The notes under the pieces were generated by a model, which was given only the letters and a program-made list of their open reading frames with translations, had not been told where the DNA came from and searched no databases. A program made the position numbers and the translations under genes. DNA of 64,000 bases from an uncultured Candidatus Entotheonella sp. (GTDB lineage: Bacteria; Tectomicrobia; Entotheonellia; Entotheonellales; Entotheonellaceae), in NCBI GenBank assembly GCA_965217185.1, contig OZ244252.1, positions 1,664,001-1,728,000 of the forward strand. The letters are read 5' to 3'. This document shows, piece by piece, positions 20,401-28,651 of this stretch (positions are counted from its first letter, which is position 1; the number at the start of each line of letters is the position of its first letter).

Positions 20401-20496
20401 GTGCACCATGCCGCCCTGCGGCGGGTCGCAGGGGGCTCCCGTCAGCGCCGTGCAGATGAGGCGCTCAAGCCCCTTCTCGCTTGTGTCGGTGGTCAC
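17488..20496 (-). CDS. hsdR: type I restriction endonuclease subunit R
   Basis: DLCLFINGLPVATFELKN nuclease motif; HSAGSGKS, DEAH, FTATP and QTLSRLNR helicase motifs. Confidence 0.95.
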   Translation of the reverse strand: MTTDTSEKGLERLICTALTGAPCDPPQGGMVHERPAGYGVGWICGDTRDYDREYCVDLAQFRAFLHATQPVAADSLDLGQDSPTRRKFLARLQGEVTRRGTIDVLRKGVKHGPHQMDLMYGTPSPGNEKAKVQYGQNRFSVTRQLHYSQDQTQLALDLCLFINGLPVATFELKNSLTKQTVDDAVEQYKRDRNPREKLFELGRCLAHFAVDDHEVQFCTHLKGKASWFLPFNQGWNDGKGNPPNPNGLKTDYLWKQVLTRDGLTDIIENYAQIVETRDDKTGRKRREQIWPRYHQLDVVRRLLGDVPGRGVGPRYLIQHSAGSGKSNSIAWLAHQLIGLEQDGKALFDSAIVVTDRRILDKQIRDTIRQFAQVGSVVGHAETSGRLRTLLQEGKRIVITTVQKFPFILDAIGDEHRGSKFAIIIDEAHSSQGGRTSASVSMALGEAGTEDEEETTEDKINRLMESKKLLPNASYFAFTATPKNKTLEIFGDPSPEGGNTRHLPFHVYTMKQAIEEGFILDVLEHYTPVDSYYRLIKTVEGDPEFDTKRAGKKLRRYVEDHEHAIRLKAEIMVDHFHEQVAGLQKIGAKARAMVVTNSIQRAISYYYAIRDYLTERKSPYLAIAAFSGEHEYDGTKVTEVSLNGFASNLIADKIQEEPYRFLVCADKFQTGYDEPLLHTMYVDKPLSGVKAVQTLSRLNRAHPKKHDAFVLDFANDADAIQAAFADYYRTTVLAEETDPDRLHDLKAALDGYQVYGPAQVDELVERYLSGADRDQLDPILDGCVSGYREQLDEDGQVDFKGKAKAFLRAYGFLATILPYTCAEWEKLSIFLTFLVPKLPAPIEDDLSKGILEAIDMDSYRVEKQAVQDIQLPDEDAEIGPVPTEGGGQKPEPEMDRLSNIVRDFNDRFGNIEWKDQDKIEKVIAEELPMKVAGDKAYQNARANSDRQNARIEHDKALERAMTELLADHTELFKQFSDNDSFRRWLSETVFAATYEEGKAGART

Positions 20497-20497
20497 G

Positions 20498-20832
20498 CTA
20501 TGCCTCGCCTCTCATCGGAATGGCGACTTCCCGCACCTCACCGGGCCGTATCCCCTCGAGGGCGTTGCGAATATCCTCGATCTTTGGCTCGATGAGCGGC
20601 CACCGGTTCGCGCCGAGAACGATCAGCGCGAAGCTTCGGCTCCCGATGTTCTGCTGGTATGGCATGGTCCTGTCCGCAGTAATCACGACTTCATACCTGC
20701 TTCTTCCGCCCGGTCCAGCAATTCGCCATTGACAAGCGTTGCCCACCCGCGCTCCTCCGCCACCTCAACGTCGTGACCGACGAGGTGACGGCGAAGCTGC
20801 CGAGGCACATTGTGGTCAAACAGGATTCGCAT
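20498..20832 (-). pseudogene. DUF5615 PIN-like (VapC45-like) toxin split by a 1-nt frameshift
   Basis: MRILFDHNVP...NGELLDRAEEAG in one frame and YEVVITADRTMPYQQN...LIVL in the next; junction GCA GG TAT near 20695-20697. Confidence 0.85.
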
Positions 20833-21064
20833 GCGAGACCTTAGCGACCTTGGCGTCAAGGTCTTGCACGATGAACTCCAAGACCGCCCGCACCTGTGTT
20901 TCGTCCACCCCGCCGAACCACTCGATGAAGTCGTGGACAGCTGCGCCCTCCGCAAGGTTCCCGAAAAGGGCCGACACGGGCAGCCGCGTGTCCTTGAACA
21001 CCCAAGCCCCGCTCACCTTGCCGGGCACGCTTTCGACCGCCGGGCACTTGCTCCAGTCCGTCAT
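20816..21064 (-). CDS. DUF433 domain antitoxin
   Basis: PGKVSGAWVFKDTRLPV...LAEG...F signature; overlaps the PIN gene start. Confidence 0.88.
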   Translation of the reverse strand: MTDWSKCPAVESVPGKVSGAWVFKDTRLPVSALFGNLAEGAAVHDFIEWFGGVDETQVRAVLEFIVQDLDAKVAKVSHANPV

Positions 21065-22473
21065 GCTGTCACCTCGCTTTCCATGGCAGTTTCCTCTTCC
21101 GCCTCATCTGGCTCATTGGGGTCATTGCCCATATTGTCCGCCATCAGACCATCCCCGTCTATTGGCTCGTCCTCGTCGTCCTCCTCCGGCAGCTGCGCCG
21201 CCGCCTCGCGCACGTCCAGCTTGCCGGTCACCACGTCGGCGATGAGCCGCGTGCGGTACTCTTGCACCAGCTCGACCTGGCGGCGGGCGCGGGCGCGGGC
21301 GGCGTCGATGGCAGCGGTGGCATTGTCCAGGTATTCGATGATGGCGCGTTGCTCGGAGGGCGGGGGGAGTGCTACAGGAAAGTTCTGCAACATTGGAAGC
21401 CGTAAAGAATCCACGGTCGATTTCGCGGTTCCCTGGAACACCTCATTGCATAGCGTGGACCTAACATAGTGGAAAAAGAACTGCCCGAGTATGTGCCTAA
21501 AATCGCTGAACTTGTAGACACGTTGGTGGTAGTCAAACTTTCCGTTGATGTAATGGAATACCTTGCCCACACCTACGCCGTCCCCGGCCGTCAAAACCGC
21601 CTCACCGTCGAAAGACCATGTGTCGATCCTCTCCACAGTTTGCGAGCGAACGAAAAAGGGGTGCAGTCCATCTTCTTTACGATTGATAGTATCGCGTCCG
21701 CCAGTCCCAATAGCAGCCAGAGACTTCAGTCGCCACACTTCCCAATGCTCCGGCACATCGCCGAGCCACTCGACGCCGGAGTGCTTGAGGCGGACGTTCG
21801 GGTCGAGGCCGCGGGTGACGGCCCGGTTGACGATGGCCTGCTTCTCCTCCTTCAGCAGCGCGATGAGCTTCCGCCTGGCGCTGACGTACCGTCGGATGCG
21901 CCGGTCCACGTAGTCCAAGTAGCGGACGATGGAGACTTGCTCGGGGAGGGGTGGCAGGGACAACCACAGATATTTGAGCTGGCCGCCATAAATGTGCATG
22001 ATGGTGATGCCCCGCCCCATCAGGGATTTCTGCGTTTGAGCAGCGGGGCAGTCCAGTGCGTAGCCAGCAAACTTGGGTTCCATTGGCATTGTTGGCCGTA
22101 ATACGATCAAGTCTCCACCGCAGAGAACCTGAGTGTGCATCAAGTTGACGGCCGACTTGCCAATCTCCTCTATGGTCTCTCCTGACGTAGGGAAGAGAAC
22201 GTCGCCCCTATTGATTGGCGTATAAGCGCTGGCTTTCGCAGGCGAAACGTAACTTCGTGTCTGGCTTATGAAGGACTTGTGCGTCGTGTATAGGTCTCCA
22301 TACCGGACACACGGTATCCCATCAGGAACCTCGTCATCCTTCGTTCCTCCGGAGCCTTTGGAGAAGACGCCAACCCTACCGAGCTGGACAACCTCCCAAT
22401 GCTCCGGCACGTTGCTGAGCCAAGGGACGCCGGAGGGCTTGTAGGCGGGGTAGGGGTAGATCTCGCTAATCAT
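21061..22473 (-). CDS. hsdS: type I R-M specificity subunit S
   Basis: Two repeats (SGVxWL..VPEHWEV ... LPP..EQ..I..YLD) enclosing two TRDs; acidic C-terminal tail. Confidence 0.93.
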   Translation of the reverse strand: MISEIYPYPAYKPSGVPWLSNVPEHWEVVQLGRVGVFSKGSGGTKDDEVPDGIPCVRYGDLYTTHKSFISQTRSYVSPAKASAYTPINRGDVLFPTSGETIEEIGKSAVNLMHTQVLCGGDLIVLRPTMPMEPKFAGYALDCPAAQTQKSLMGRGITIMHIYGGQLKYLWLSLPPLPEQVSIVRYLDYVDRRIRRYVSARRKLIALLKEEKQAIVNRAVTRGLDPNVRLKHSGVEWLGDVPEHWEVWRLKSLAAIGTGGRDTINRKEDGLHPFFVRSQTVERIDTWSFDGEAVLTAGDGVGVGKVFHYINGKFDYHQRVYKFSDFRHILGQFFFHYVRSTLCNEVFQGTAKSTVDSLRLPMLQNFPVALPPPSEQRAIIEYLDNATAAIDAARARARRQVELVQEYRTRLIADVVTGKLDVREAAAQLPEEDDEDEPIDGDGLMADNMGNDPNEPDEAEEETAMESEVTA

Positions 22474-25070
22474 GCGGGGCTCGCATTTTGTACGGGTACG
22501 GGGATGGGAGTAGGGATGGCTAGACGATCTCGTATTTCTTCATAAATCGGAATGTTCAAGTCCTCCGCGACTTCTAGGGTCACCGTCAAACCGTACCGTA
22601 TTGGTTGGGTTATTACCCCGGCATCAGCGCGACAGTTTACTTTGATTACAACGGCGTCTCCGTCTTGAAAGGCTGTAGCATTGCCCCCTTCCAGGACTTC
22701 ATGCTGGACGGTTCCTCTTTGGACAGCTCTGTAGTCTGCGTACAACCGACGCGGGGTAATCGTATTCCGTTCGGTTGGACTAAACCAAAGGTGAGCGATG
22801 CGATAGCTCTGGCGGGTACTGCTCACAGGTGTCAGCCAGGCCAGAGTAACGGTGAGGCGACGTGTATCAGTTACGGCGGAAAGGCTGGGTGGTAAAGGGA
22901 GGGTGAACTCGTCAGCATCCCCGTCTCCAAGCGCCCCAACTCCCAGGATCGTAACACGTTGATCTGTGCAGGCTAGAACTCTGGCAATGTTAGCTGATCC
23001 ATATCCAAGAAAACGTCCAACATATTCTCTGAAAGTCTTACTATTGTGGCCATTCTTTAGGACCTGCTGATATAGACCCCAAGCGTTCGCCCAGTCTGAA
23101 CCGTGAACAAGGAGTGCTTTTAGCAAGACAGCATCATGATCCTGGGGCAGTGTTCCTGGAGAGTCTAGTCGCAACTGTTCGATGACGTCATACATTAGCA
23201 TAGTGCTACGGGAAGCCAGAGCAGCAGCGTTACTTGTACCTCGTGTGTGGCAACTGCTGTCTAAGCGGCCCTGTATCCCAGGAGTAGCAACACGTTGACC
23301 AGGTGGACTGATGTGACGAGCTACTTCCAGGATTGCCGTTGGATGACTATTACCTAGCTTCTCGGACAGAAACTGACGGCCGCCGGGCAGAAGCACCTCC
23401 GGTTTAATGGTCCTCCGGTACCCAGGTCCATGCGCGTTTATGACACTGGGAAGGCCATCATAGGTGAATGGATCAAGTAGGAAGTTCAAGGCGATGGCTG
23501 AGGCGTCCTGGTGAGTCGCCGCAACCGTCAGGCCATTGAATGTCTCTGCTGGTGATAATAGTCGGCGATTCCGGGTGTCTTCTGCTGTCGCTTCGATCAC
23601 TGACTTCTGGAGTTCATCTGGAGTCAGCGTAGGAAGCGCAGCTCGTGCGATGTTCAACTGGATAGGATTTGCGTGGTTGCCCGCGCTGACTATAAATAGG
23701 ACGTTGTACTTTGAGGCCAGCCAATCCAGCAGGCGGGCCATCGGGCTAATCTCACGATTAAATGGTCGAGCCACATCGCACACAGAGAGATTGATTACCC
23801 GTACTTGCGGTGCTGCAGGTGGTTGGTCGCCCTCGGGTTCGTACAGACGCCGTACCGCGCGATGTATCAGATCGACCGGCAGTACATCCTGCGGTATTGA
23901 TTCATGAAATTGACCTCCAAAGCCGCGTCGAGGTTTCATGATCGGTCGAGCGTAGATACGTCGTTCTACCGGACGACCGCGCTCTTCTAGGTCCCCATGG
24001 CAGATAAGCGAGGCCATCATAGTTCCATGAAACCGTTCGCTGGCTTGGTAGGCGCTTTCGTAGTCGTCTGGATCATCAAGGTCGACTCGGTCGTCGAGCA
24101 GTTGGTGTCGTGTTAGCGGCAGGCCGTCGAACAGCGCTACAATTGGATCACCTAATGGACTATCCGGAGGGGCTCCTTCTCCCAGAGCATCGACTTCGTC
24201 CATATTCTCCGGTACGAGCACAGCGCACTGTCCCACAGGGCGAATGTGCATTATCTGGTCACATATGAGTAGCCTGGCGTTCGCTCGTGTGTCTGGGTCT
24301 TGTATCAAGCTCTGTATGTGAATCCTTGGTATGTTTCCCAAAATGGCATGATAGGCAACTTCAGGGATGACGCATTGCTGGATCACTTCACCATCCAGAG
24401 AGGATATGACGCTACGAAGATACGACTCGGCTTGTGTCCGCTGAGAGGAGTCATTTCTGAACCACAGTTCAGCTTCAAAGGGTATAGTCTCCTCTCCAGA
24501 CTCTAGCCGGTCTTCCCAGTCGGCAAGGACCCCTGTTTCTCTGAGACGGTCCTCTACCTCCCAATGCCGGATGGTGTGTAGGCGAGCGAAGGCGTGCTTG
24601 AGTGGCGCGAGTCCGGAAGGAAAGCTAAGGTCTTGGTTCTCCTGCCATAGACTAAAATACCTCTGCATCTGTCGCAGAGCTTCCTGATCCGTCATTACTA
24701 AGAACAATTGGCCTGCCAACTGCTTCTGTGGGTCTTTCGCATCTTCAAATCCGTACTCAGGATCGATTGGATCGCTCTCGAATTCTCCCAGCCATTCCAG
24801 TCCATCAATTTTTCTTACGGCGTTGATGAAATCATTGATAGTGCCGACAGTCTCTAGGACTAGGACCTGCTCTGGCTGGATGCCGAGAGTGGTATTCTGT
24901 AGAGAGACTCGCCTCTGCTCCATAGCGTCTTGAAGTCGGCTAAATTGTGGAGCCAATCGTTGGGCTTGTCGACCAGCCTCTGGAATACGCGGACGACCAC
25001 CACCCCCACCACGTCCGGATCGCTCTGCATGGGTTGGCTCGGGAAAGACGAGGAGAGGATGCTCTGGCAT
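22470..25070 (-). CDS. S8 subtilisin-like serine peptidase (IetS/Y4bN-like), no signal peptide
   Basis: Triad motifs VALFDG, HGTMMASL and GTSNAA; oxyanion motif SAGN; IKPE; long N-terminal region. Confidence 0.88.
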   Translation of the reverse strand: MPEHPLLVFPEPTHAERSGRGGGGGRPRIPEAGRQAQRLAPQFSRLQDAMEQRRVSLQNTTLGIQPEQVLVLETVGTINDFINAVRKIDGLEWLGEFESDPIDPEYGFEDAKDPQKQLAGQLFLVMTDQEALRQMQRYFSLWQENQDLSFPSGLAPLKHAFARLHTIRHWEVEDRLRETGVLADWEDRLESGEETIPFEAELWFRNDSSQRTQAESYLRSVISSLDGEVIQQCVIPEVAYHAILGNIPRIHIQSLIQDPDTRANARLLICDQIMHIRPVGQCAVLVPENMDEVDALGEGAPPDSPLGDPIVALFDGLPLTRHQLLDDRVDLDDPDDYESAYQASERFHGTMMASLICHGDLEERGRPVERRIYARPIMKPRRGFGGQFHESIPQDVLPVDLIHRAVRRLYEPEGDQPPAAPQVRVINLSVCDVARPFNREISPMARLLDWLASKYNVLFIVSAGNHANPIQLNIARAALPTLTPDELQKSVIEATAEDTRNRRLLSPAETFNGLTVAATHQDASAIALNFLLDPFTYDGLPSVINAHGPGYRRTIKPEVLLPGGRQFLSEKLGNSHPTAILEVARHISPPGQRVATPGIQGRLDSSCHTRGTSNAAALASRSTMLMYDVIEQLRLDSPGTLPQDHDAVLLKALLVHGSDWANAWGLYQQVLKNGHNSKTFREYVGRFLGYGSANIARVLACTDQRVTILGVGALGDGDADEFTLPLPPSLSAVTDTRRLTVTLAWLTPVSSTRQSYRIAHLWFSPTERNTITPRRLYADYRAVQRGTVQHEVLEGGNATAFQDGDAVVIKVNCRADAGVITQPIRYGLTVTLEVAEDLNIPIYEEIRDRLAIPTPIPVPVQNASPA

Positions 25071-25072
25071 AG

Positions 25073-26071
25073 TTAATCGCGCTCCTCATAGTCGTCTGAT
25101 TGGTTGACATTGAATCGCTTGCTCCAGTGACGCAGCCGCTGGTCAGTGATTCTCTTGACGTTGGCGTTCGGTTTGTCTAGTAACACTCTTCGTAGGACAT
25201 CCATCCCAAAGTCTTCGACCTCAGCGAAACTCAGCCCTTTTAGCCTCATTGCAAGACTGCGCGGGGAAAGGGCCAGCCCACACTCTGTACGAGTCTCGAA
25301 TCTCTTGAACCACTCTTCAATTTGACTCTGCTGCGGCATCGGTAATTCCAAGCGAACCTGGAACCGGCGCCACACTGCACGGTCAAGGAGCTCAGGATGG
25401 TTACTCGCCGTCACAACAACGACGTAACTTGGCAGCGCGTCGATTTGGAGCAGTAGCGAGCTCACGACACGTTTGATTTCTCCCGTCTCGTGGCGGTCGC
25501 CTCGCTCTTTGCCCACCGTGTCGAACTCGTCGAAGAACAATACACATCGTCGGGATCTGGCATACTCGAAGACTTGGCCAATACGTTGCGCTGTTTCTCC
25601 GAGATAGCTTCCGATGATTCCTTCATAACGAGCCAATACAAGCGGAGCGTTCAGGGCATCAGCTACTGCCTCTGCCAGGGATGTCTTGCCATTTCCAGGC
25701 GGTCCTGCCAACAGCACACGATTGCGCGGCTCAAGGTTATGTGCCCGGAGCAGATCTGCTCGATGCTGTTCCTCTACAAGATCGCGTATGACTTCGGTGA
25801 CCTCTATTGGCAGTATCAAGTCATCAAGCCGCCGCTGTGGAATAATCTCGGCTACAAGTGGTCCGGAAAGTGAATTGGCAGTCGGAGGTGTGGGCGACGT
25901 ATAGCGACCGTTGTCACTTGCACGAAGTTGCGCAAGCAATCTGTCGGCCAGAATCGTATGACTCTTCGAACGCTCATCCGCTGCCAGTGCTTCAACGGTT
26001 CTCTGGAACTTAGCCTGATCGCCTTGCGCACCGGCTTTGACGAGGTCTAATATCAAATCCGCTCGTGCCAT
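25073..26071 (-). CDS. AAA+ ATPase (IetA-like)
   Basis: Walker A GPPGNGKT, Walker B FFDEFD, SRH ASNHPELLDRAVWRRF. Confidence 0.92.
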   Translation of the reverse strand: MARADLILDLVKAGAQGDQAKFQRTVEALAADERSKSHTILADRLLAQLRASDNGRYTSPTPPTANSLSGPLVAEIIPQRRLDDLILPIEVTEVIRDLVEEQHRADLLRAHNLEPRNRVLLAGPPGNGKTSLAEAVADALNAPLVLARYEGIIGSYLGETAQRIGQVFEYARSRRCVLFFDEFDTVGKERGDRHETGEIKRVVSSLLLQIDALPSYVVVVTASNHPELLDRAVWRRFQVRLELPMPQQSQIEEWFKRFETRTECGLALSPRSLAMRLKGLSFAEVEDFGMDVLRRVLLDKPNANVKRITDQRLRHWSKRFNVNQSDDYEERD

Positions 26072-26073
26072 TA

Positions 26074-28203
26074 CTAGCCTCGCTTCTCGGCTCCGATTAT
26101 CCCACTCAACAGCCCCTCGGTCTCCCGCTCCAGCGCCGCTATATCAGCCCGTATCTCCTCCAGGGGGCGCAGGGGCAGCGGCTTGTAGAAGTGGCGCGTG
26201 AAGCTGATTTCGTAGCCCACCTTCACGCTTGGCGTGTCGTACCAGGCGTCCGGGGCGTAGGGCAGCACCTCGCGGTGGATGAAAGCCTCAATGCCGCCTT
26301 CGTGGAGAAGCGGCACTTGCTCTGTGTCACGCAGCCCGGTATCCGGCTCGTACTCGACGACGGCACTCCGACCGTCCAAAGCAGCTTCGATCAGTCCGCG
26401 GATTGGGTCCGGTTCCACCGCGCCCGGCTTGTGGGTCTTCTTGATGACGGGCGCGGCGGCCTCATCGCGGGATGCCAAGGCCATCTGCAACAGGTTCTTC
26501 CGCTTGGCCGTCAGCTTGACGCCATGCGCGGAGGCATCCGCCCCAACGACTTCCATGAATCGGTTGAAGTCGGGGTGAAGTCCGGCGCCCAGCACTGCCG
26601 CCGCTCGGTCAATGACGTTGGCGAGCGGCTCTTCCTTTGCGTCGCGACAGGCGGCTCGGAAGCGCTGGCGATGGTCCGGCGATAGATCGACGGTGAGCCG
26701 CAACGGGCGCTCCACGGTAACCTTCCAGTAGCCGAAAGCCTCGTTGGGGAATATCTTCGACTGCTCCGTCTCCTCGAAGGCAAGGAAAGCGTCGCAGATG
26801 CGGCCGATGTCCTCATCGGAGAGCTCGCAGTTCTTGCTGCCCAGGTTCTTGCGCAGCGGTTGGGACCATTGCGTGGCGTCGATGAGTTGCACTCTGCCTC
26901 GCCGATGCTCAGGCTTGCGATTGCTGAGCACCCAGATGTAGGTGGCAATGCCGGTGTTGTAGAACATGTTCAGCGGCAGGGCAACGATAGCCTCCAGCCA
27001 GTCGTTCTCGATAATCCAACGGCGGATGTTGCTCTCACCCTGCCCGGCGTCGCCGGTGAAGAGAGAGCTGCCGTTGTGGACCTCGGCGATGCGGCTGCCC
27101 ATCTGGTTGTCGTGTTTCATCTTGCTCAGCATGTTGGCCAGGAACATCATCTGGCCGTCGCTGGAGCGGGTGACGAGGGCGTAGCCCGGGTTGCCGCCGT
27201 GCTCCACGACGAAGCGCGGATCTGTGATGTCGGATTTGCCGCCCATGCGCTCCAGGTCGCTCTTCCAGCTCTTGCCGTAGGGCGGATTGGAGAGCATGAA
27301 GTCGAATTCGCGGGCGGGAAAGGCATCGGCGGAGAGGGTGGATCCGTATTGCATGTTGTCTGCCTCGCCGCCTTCTCCCTTCAGGATGAGGTCGGCCTTG
27401 CTGATGGCGTAGGTCTCAGGATTCACCTCCTGGCCGTACAGATGGACCGACGCCTCCTTGCCTTGTTCTTTGGTCAACTGCGTCAGCGTCTCTTCCGCGA
27501 CTGTCAGCATCCCGCCGGTGCCACAGGCCCCGTCATAAACCAGATAGGTACCGGACCTGACCTCTTCGGCAACCGGCAGGAAGATGAGCCGTGCCATGAG
27601 TTGCACCACATCCCTTGGGGTGAAGTGCTCCCCGGCTTCCTCGTTGTTCTCCTCGTTGAAGCGCCGGATAAGTTCCTCGAAGACGGTACCCATGCCGTGG
27701 TTGTCCAGGCCGTCCAGACGCACGGAGCCGTCTCCGTTCAGGATGGGCTTGGGGCTGAGGTTGATGGAGCTGTCAAGGAACTTCTCCAGCAGGAAGCCCA
27801 GCGCGTCCGCTTCCACCAAGGTCGGAATCTGGTTGCGGAACTTGAACTTCTCCAGGACCTCCTGGACGTTGGGCGAGAAGCTGTCGAGGTACGCCTCGAA
27901 GTCGGACCGTAACTGCTGCTGCCGCCCGCGTGAAGCAAGGTCGCGGAGTCGGAAGGGCGACGTGTTGTAGAAGGCTTCACCGGACGCCTGGCGCAGTGCT
28001 CGGTCTTGATTCGTTATGCCAGCGTCGTCCAATTGCGCCTTCATGCGGAGCACCGCTTCCTTCGTCGGTTCGAGAACCGCGTCGAGGCGGCGAATGACCG
28101 TCATGGGCAGGATGACGTCGCGGTACTTGCCCCGCACGTAGACATCCCGCAGCACGTCGTCCGCGATGCCCCATATGAAGCTGCTGATGTTCAGGCTGTT
28201 CAC
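26074..28203 (-). CDS. hsdM: type I R-M N6-adenine methyltransferase subunit M
   Basis: FIWGIADDVLR, GEHFTPRDVV, DGACGTGGML and NPPY motifs; GTG start at 28203 after AAGGAGG. Confidence 0.95.
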   Translation of the reverse strand: MNSLNISSFIWGIADDVLRDVYVRGKYRDVILPMTVIRRLDAVLEPTKEAVLRMKAQLDDAGITNQDRALRQASGEAFYNTSPFRLRDLASRGRQQQLRSDFEAYLDSFSPNVQEVLEKFKFRNQIPTLVEADALGFLLEKFLDSSINLSPKPILNGDGSVRLDGLDNHGMGTVFEELIRRFNEENNEEAGEHFTPRDVVQLMARLIFLPVAEEVRSGTYLVYDGACGTGGMLTVAEETLTQLTKEQGKEASVHLYGQEVNPETYAISKADLILKGEGGEADNMQYGSTLSADAFPAREFDFMLSNPPYGKSWKSDLERMGGKSDITDPRFVVEHGGNPGYALVTRSSDGQMMFLANMLSKMKHDNQMGSRIAEVHNGSSLFTGDAGQGESNIRRWIIENDWLEAIVALPLNMFYNTGIATYIWVLSNRKPEHRRGRVQLIDATQWSQPLRKNLGSKNCELSDEDIGRICDAFLAFEETEQSKIFPNEAFGYWKVTVERPLRLTVDLSPDHRQRFRAACRDAKEEPLANVIDRAAAVLGAGLHPDFNRFMEVVGADASAHGVKLTAKRKNLLQMALASRDEAAAPVIKKTHKPGAVEPDPIRGLIEAALDGRSAVVEYEPDTGLRDTEQVPLLHEGGIEAFIHREVLPYAPDAWYDTPSVKVGYEISFTRHFYKPLPLRPLEEIRADIAALERETEGLLSGIIGAEKRG

Positions 28204-28418
28204 GCTTTGCCCTCCTTCCTTGCCGCCTGACTCGCGACCGCCCGTTTCCGCGCGTCGATCCAATCGTCGAGGTCCGAGGACTTGAACCTCCACGCACCGG
28301 CCACCTTGAAGCCTGGCAACTCCCCGCGTTGGGCCAACCGATAGACCGTCTTCTCATCAACGTTCAATTGCCTTGCTACGTCTCGGACAGTCATCGCCGG
28401 GGTTGGTGGGTCTGACAT
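28200..28418 (-). CDS. excisionase-like (HTH_17/MerR-type) DNA-binding protein
   Basis: MTVRDVARQLNVDEKTVYRLAQRGELPGFKVAGAWRF; GTGA overlap with hsdM. Confidence 0.9.
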   Translation of the reverse strand: MSDPPTPAMTVRDVARQLNVDEKTVYRLAQRGELPGFKVAGAWRFKSSDLDDWIDARKRAVASQAARKEGKA

Positions 28419-28586
28419 GATCGAGCCCTCGCCTTTTCATGAACCATATCAGGGGGCGAAGCGGTAAACCAGTCCAAATCAGGGCACGTCAAAAAGAGAT
28501 GGTGTCGGGACGATGCTCCAGCTAAACAACGCGGGATGTAAAACGGAGAGGCGGTCCGACTTCCTGCAGACCTTTCGCGGCAAGAC

Positions 28587-28622
28587 AAAAAAAGGCGCCC
28601 GCATTGTGTCTGCGAGCGCCTT
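28587..28622 (-). terminator. Rho-independent terminator of PQQ dehydrogenase 1
   Basis: Minus strand AAGGCGCTCGCA-loop-TGCGGGCGCC followed by T7. Confidence 0.85.
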
Positions 28623-28651
28623 GATTCCCTTCCTTGAGGCCAAACGGCGTT

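Larger units (their letters stand above)
17468..28500 (-). mobile_element. tRNA-Phe-adjacent defence island or remnant; no integrase or att repeat seen
   Basis: R-M, TA and Xis-like genes abutting the tRNA 3' end; visibly lower GC at 22470-26071; right boundary approximate. Confidence 0.6.

Noticed and set aside
20683..20700. Programmed frameshift or selenocysteine readthrough in the PIN gene
   Set aside because: No slippery sequence, and the continuation is in another frame, so UGA readthrough would not restore it
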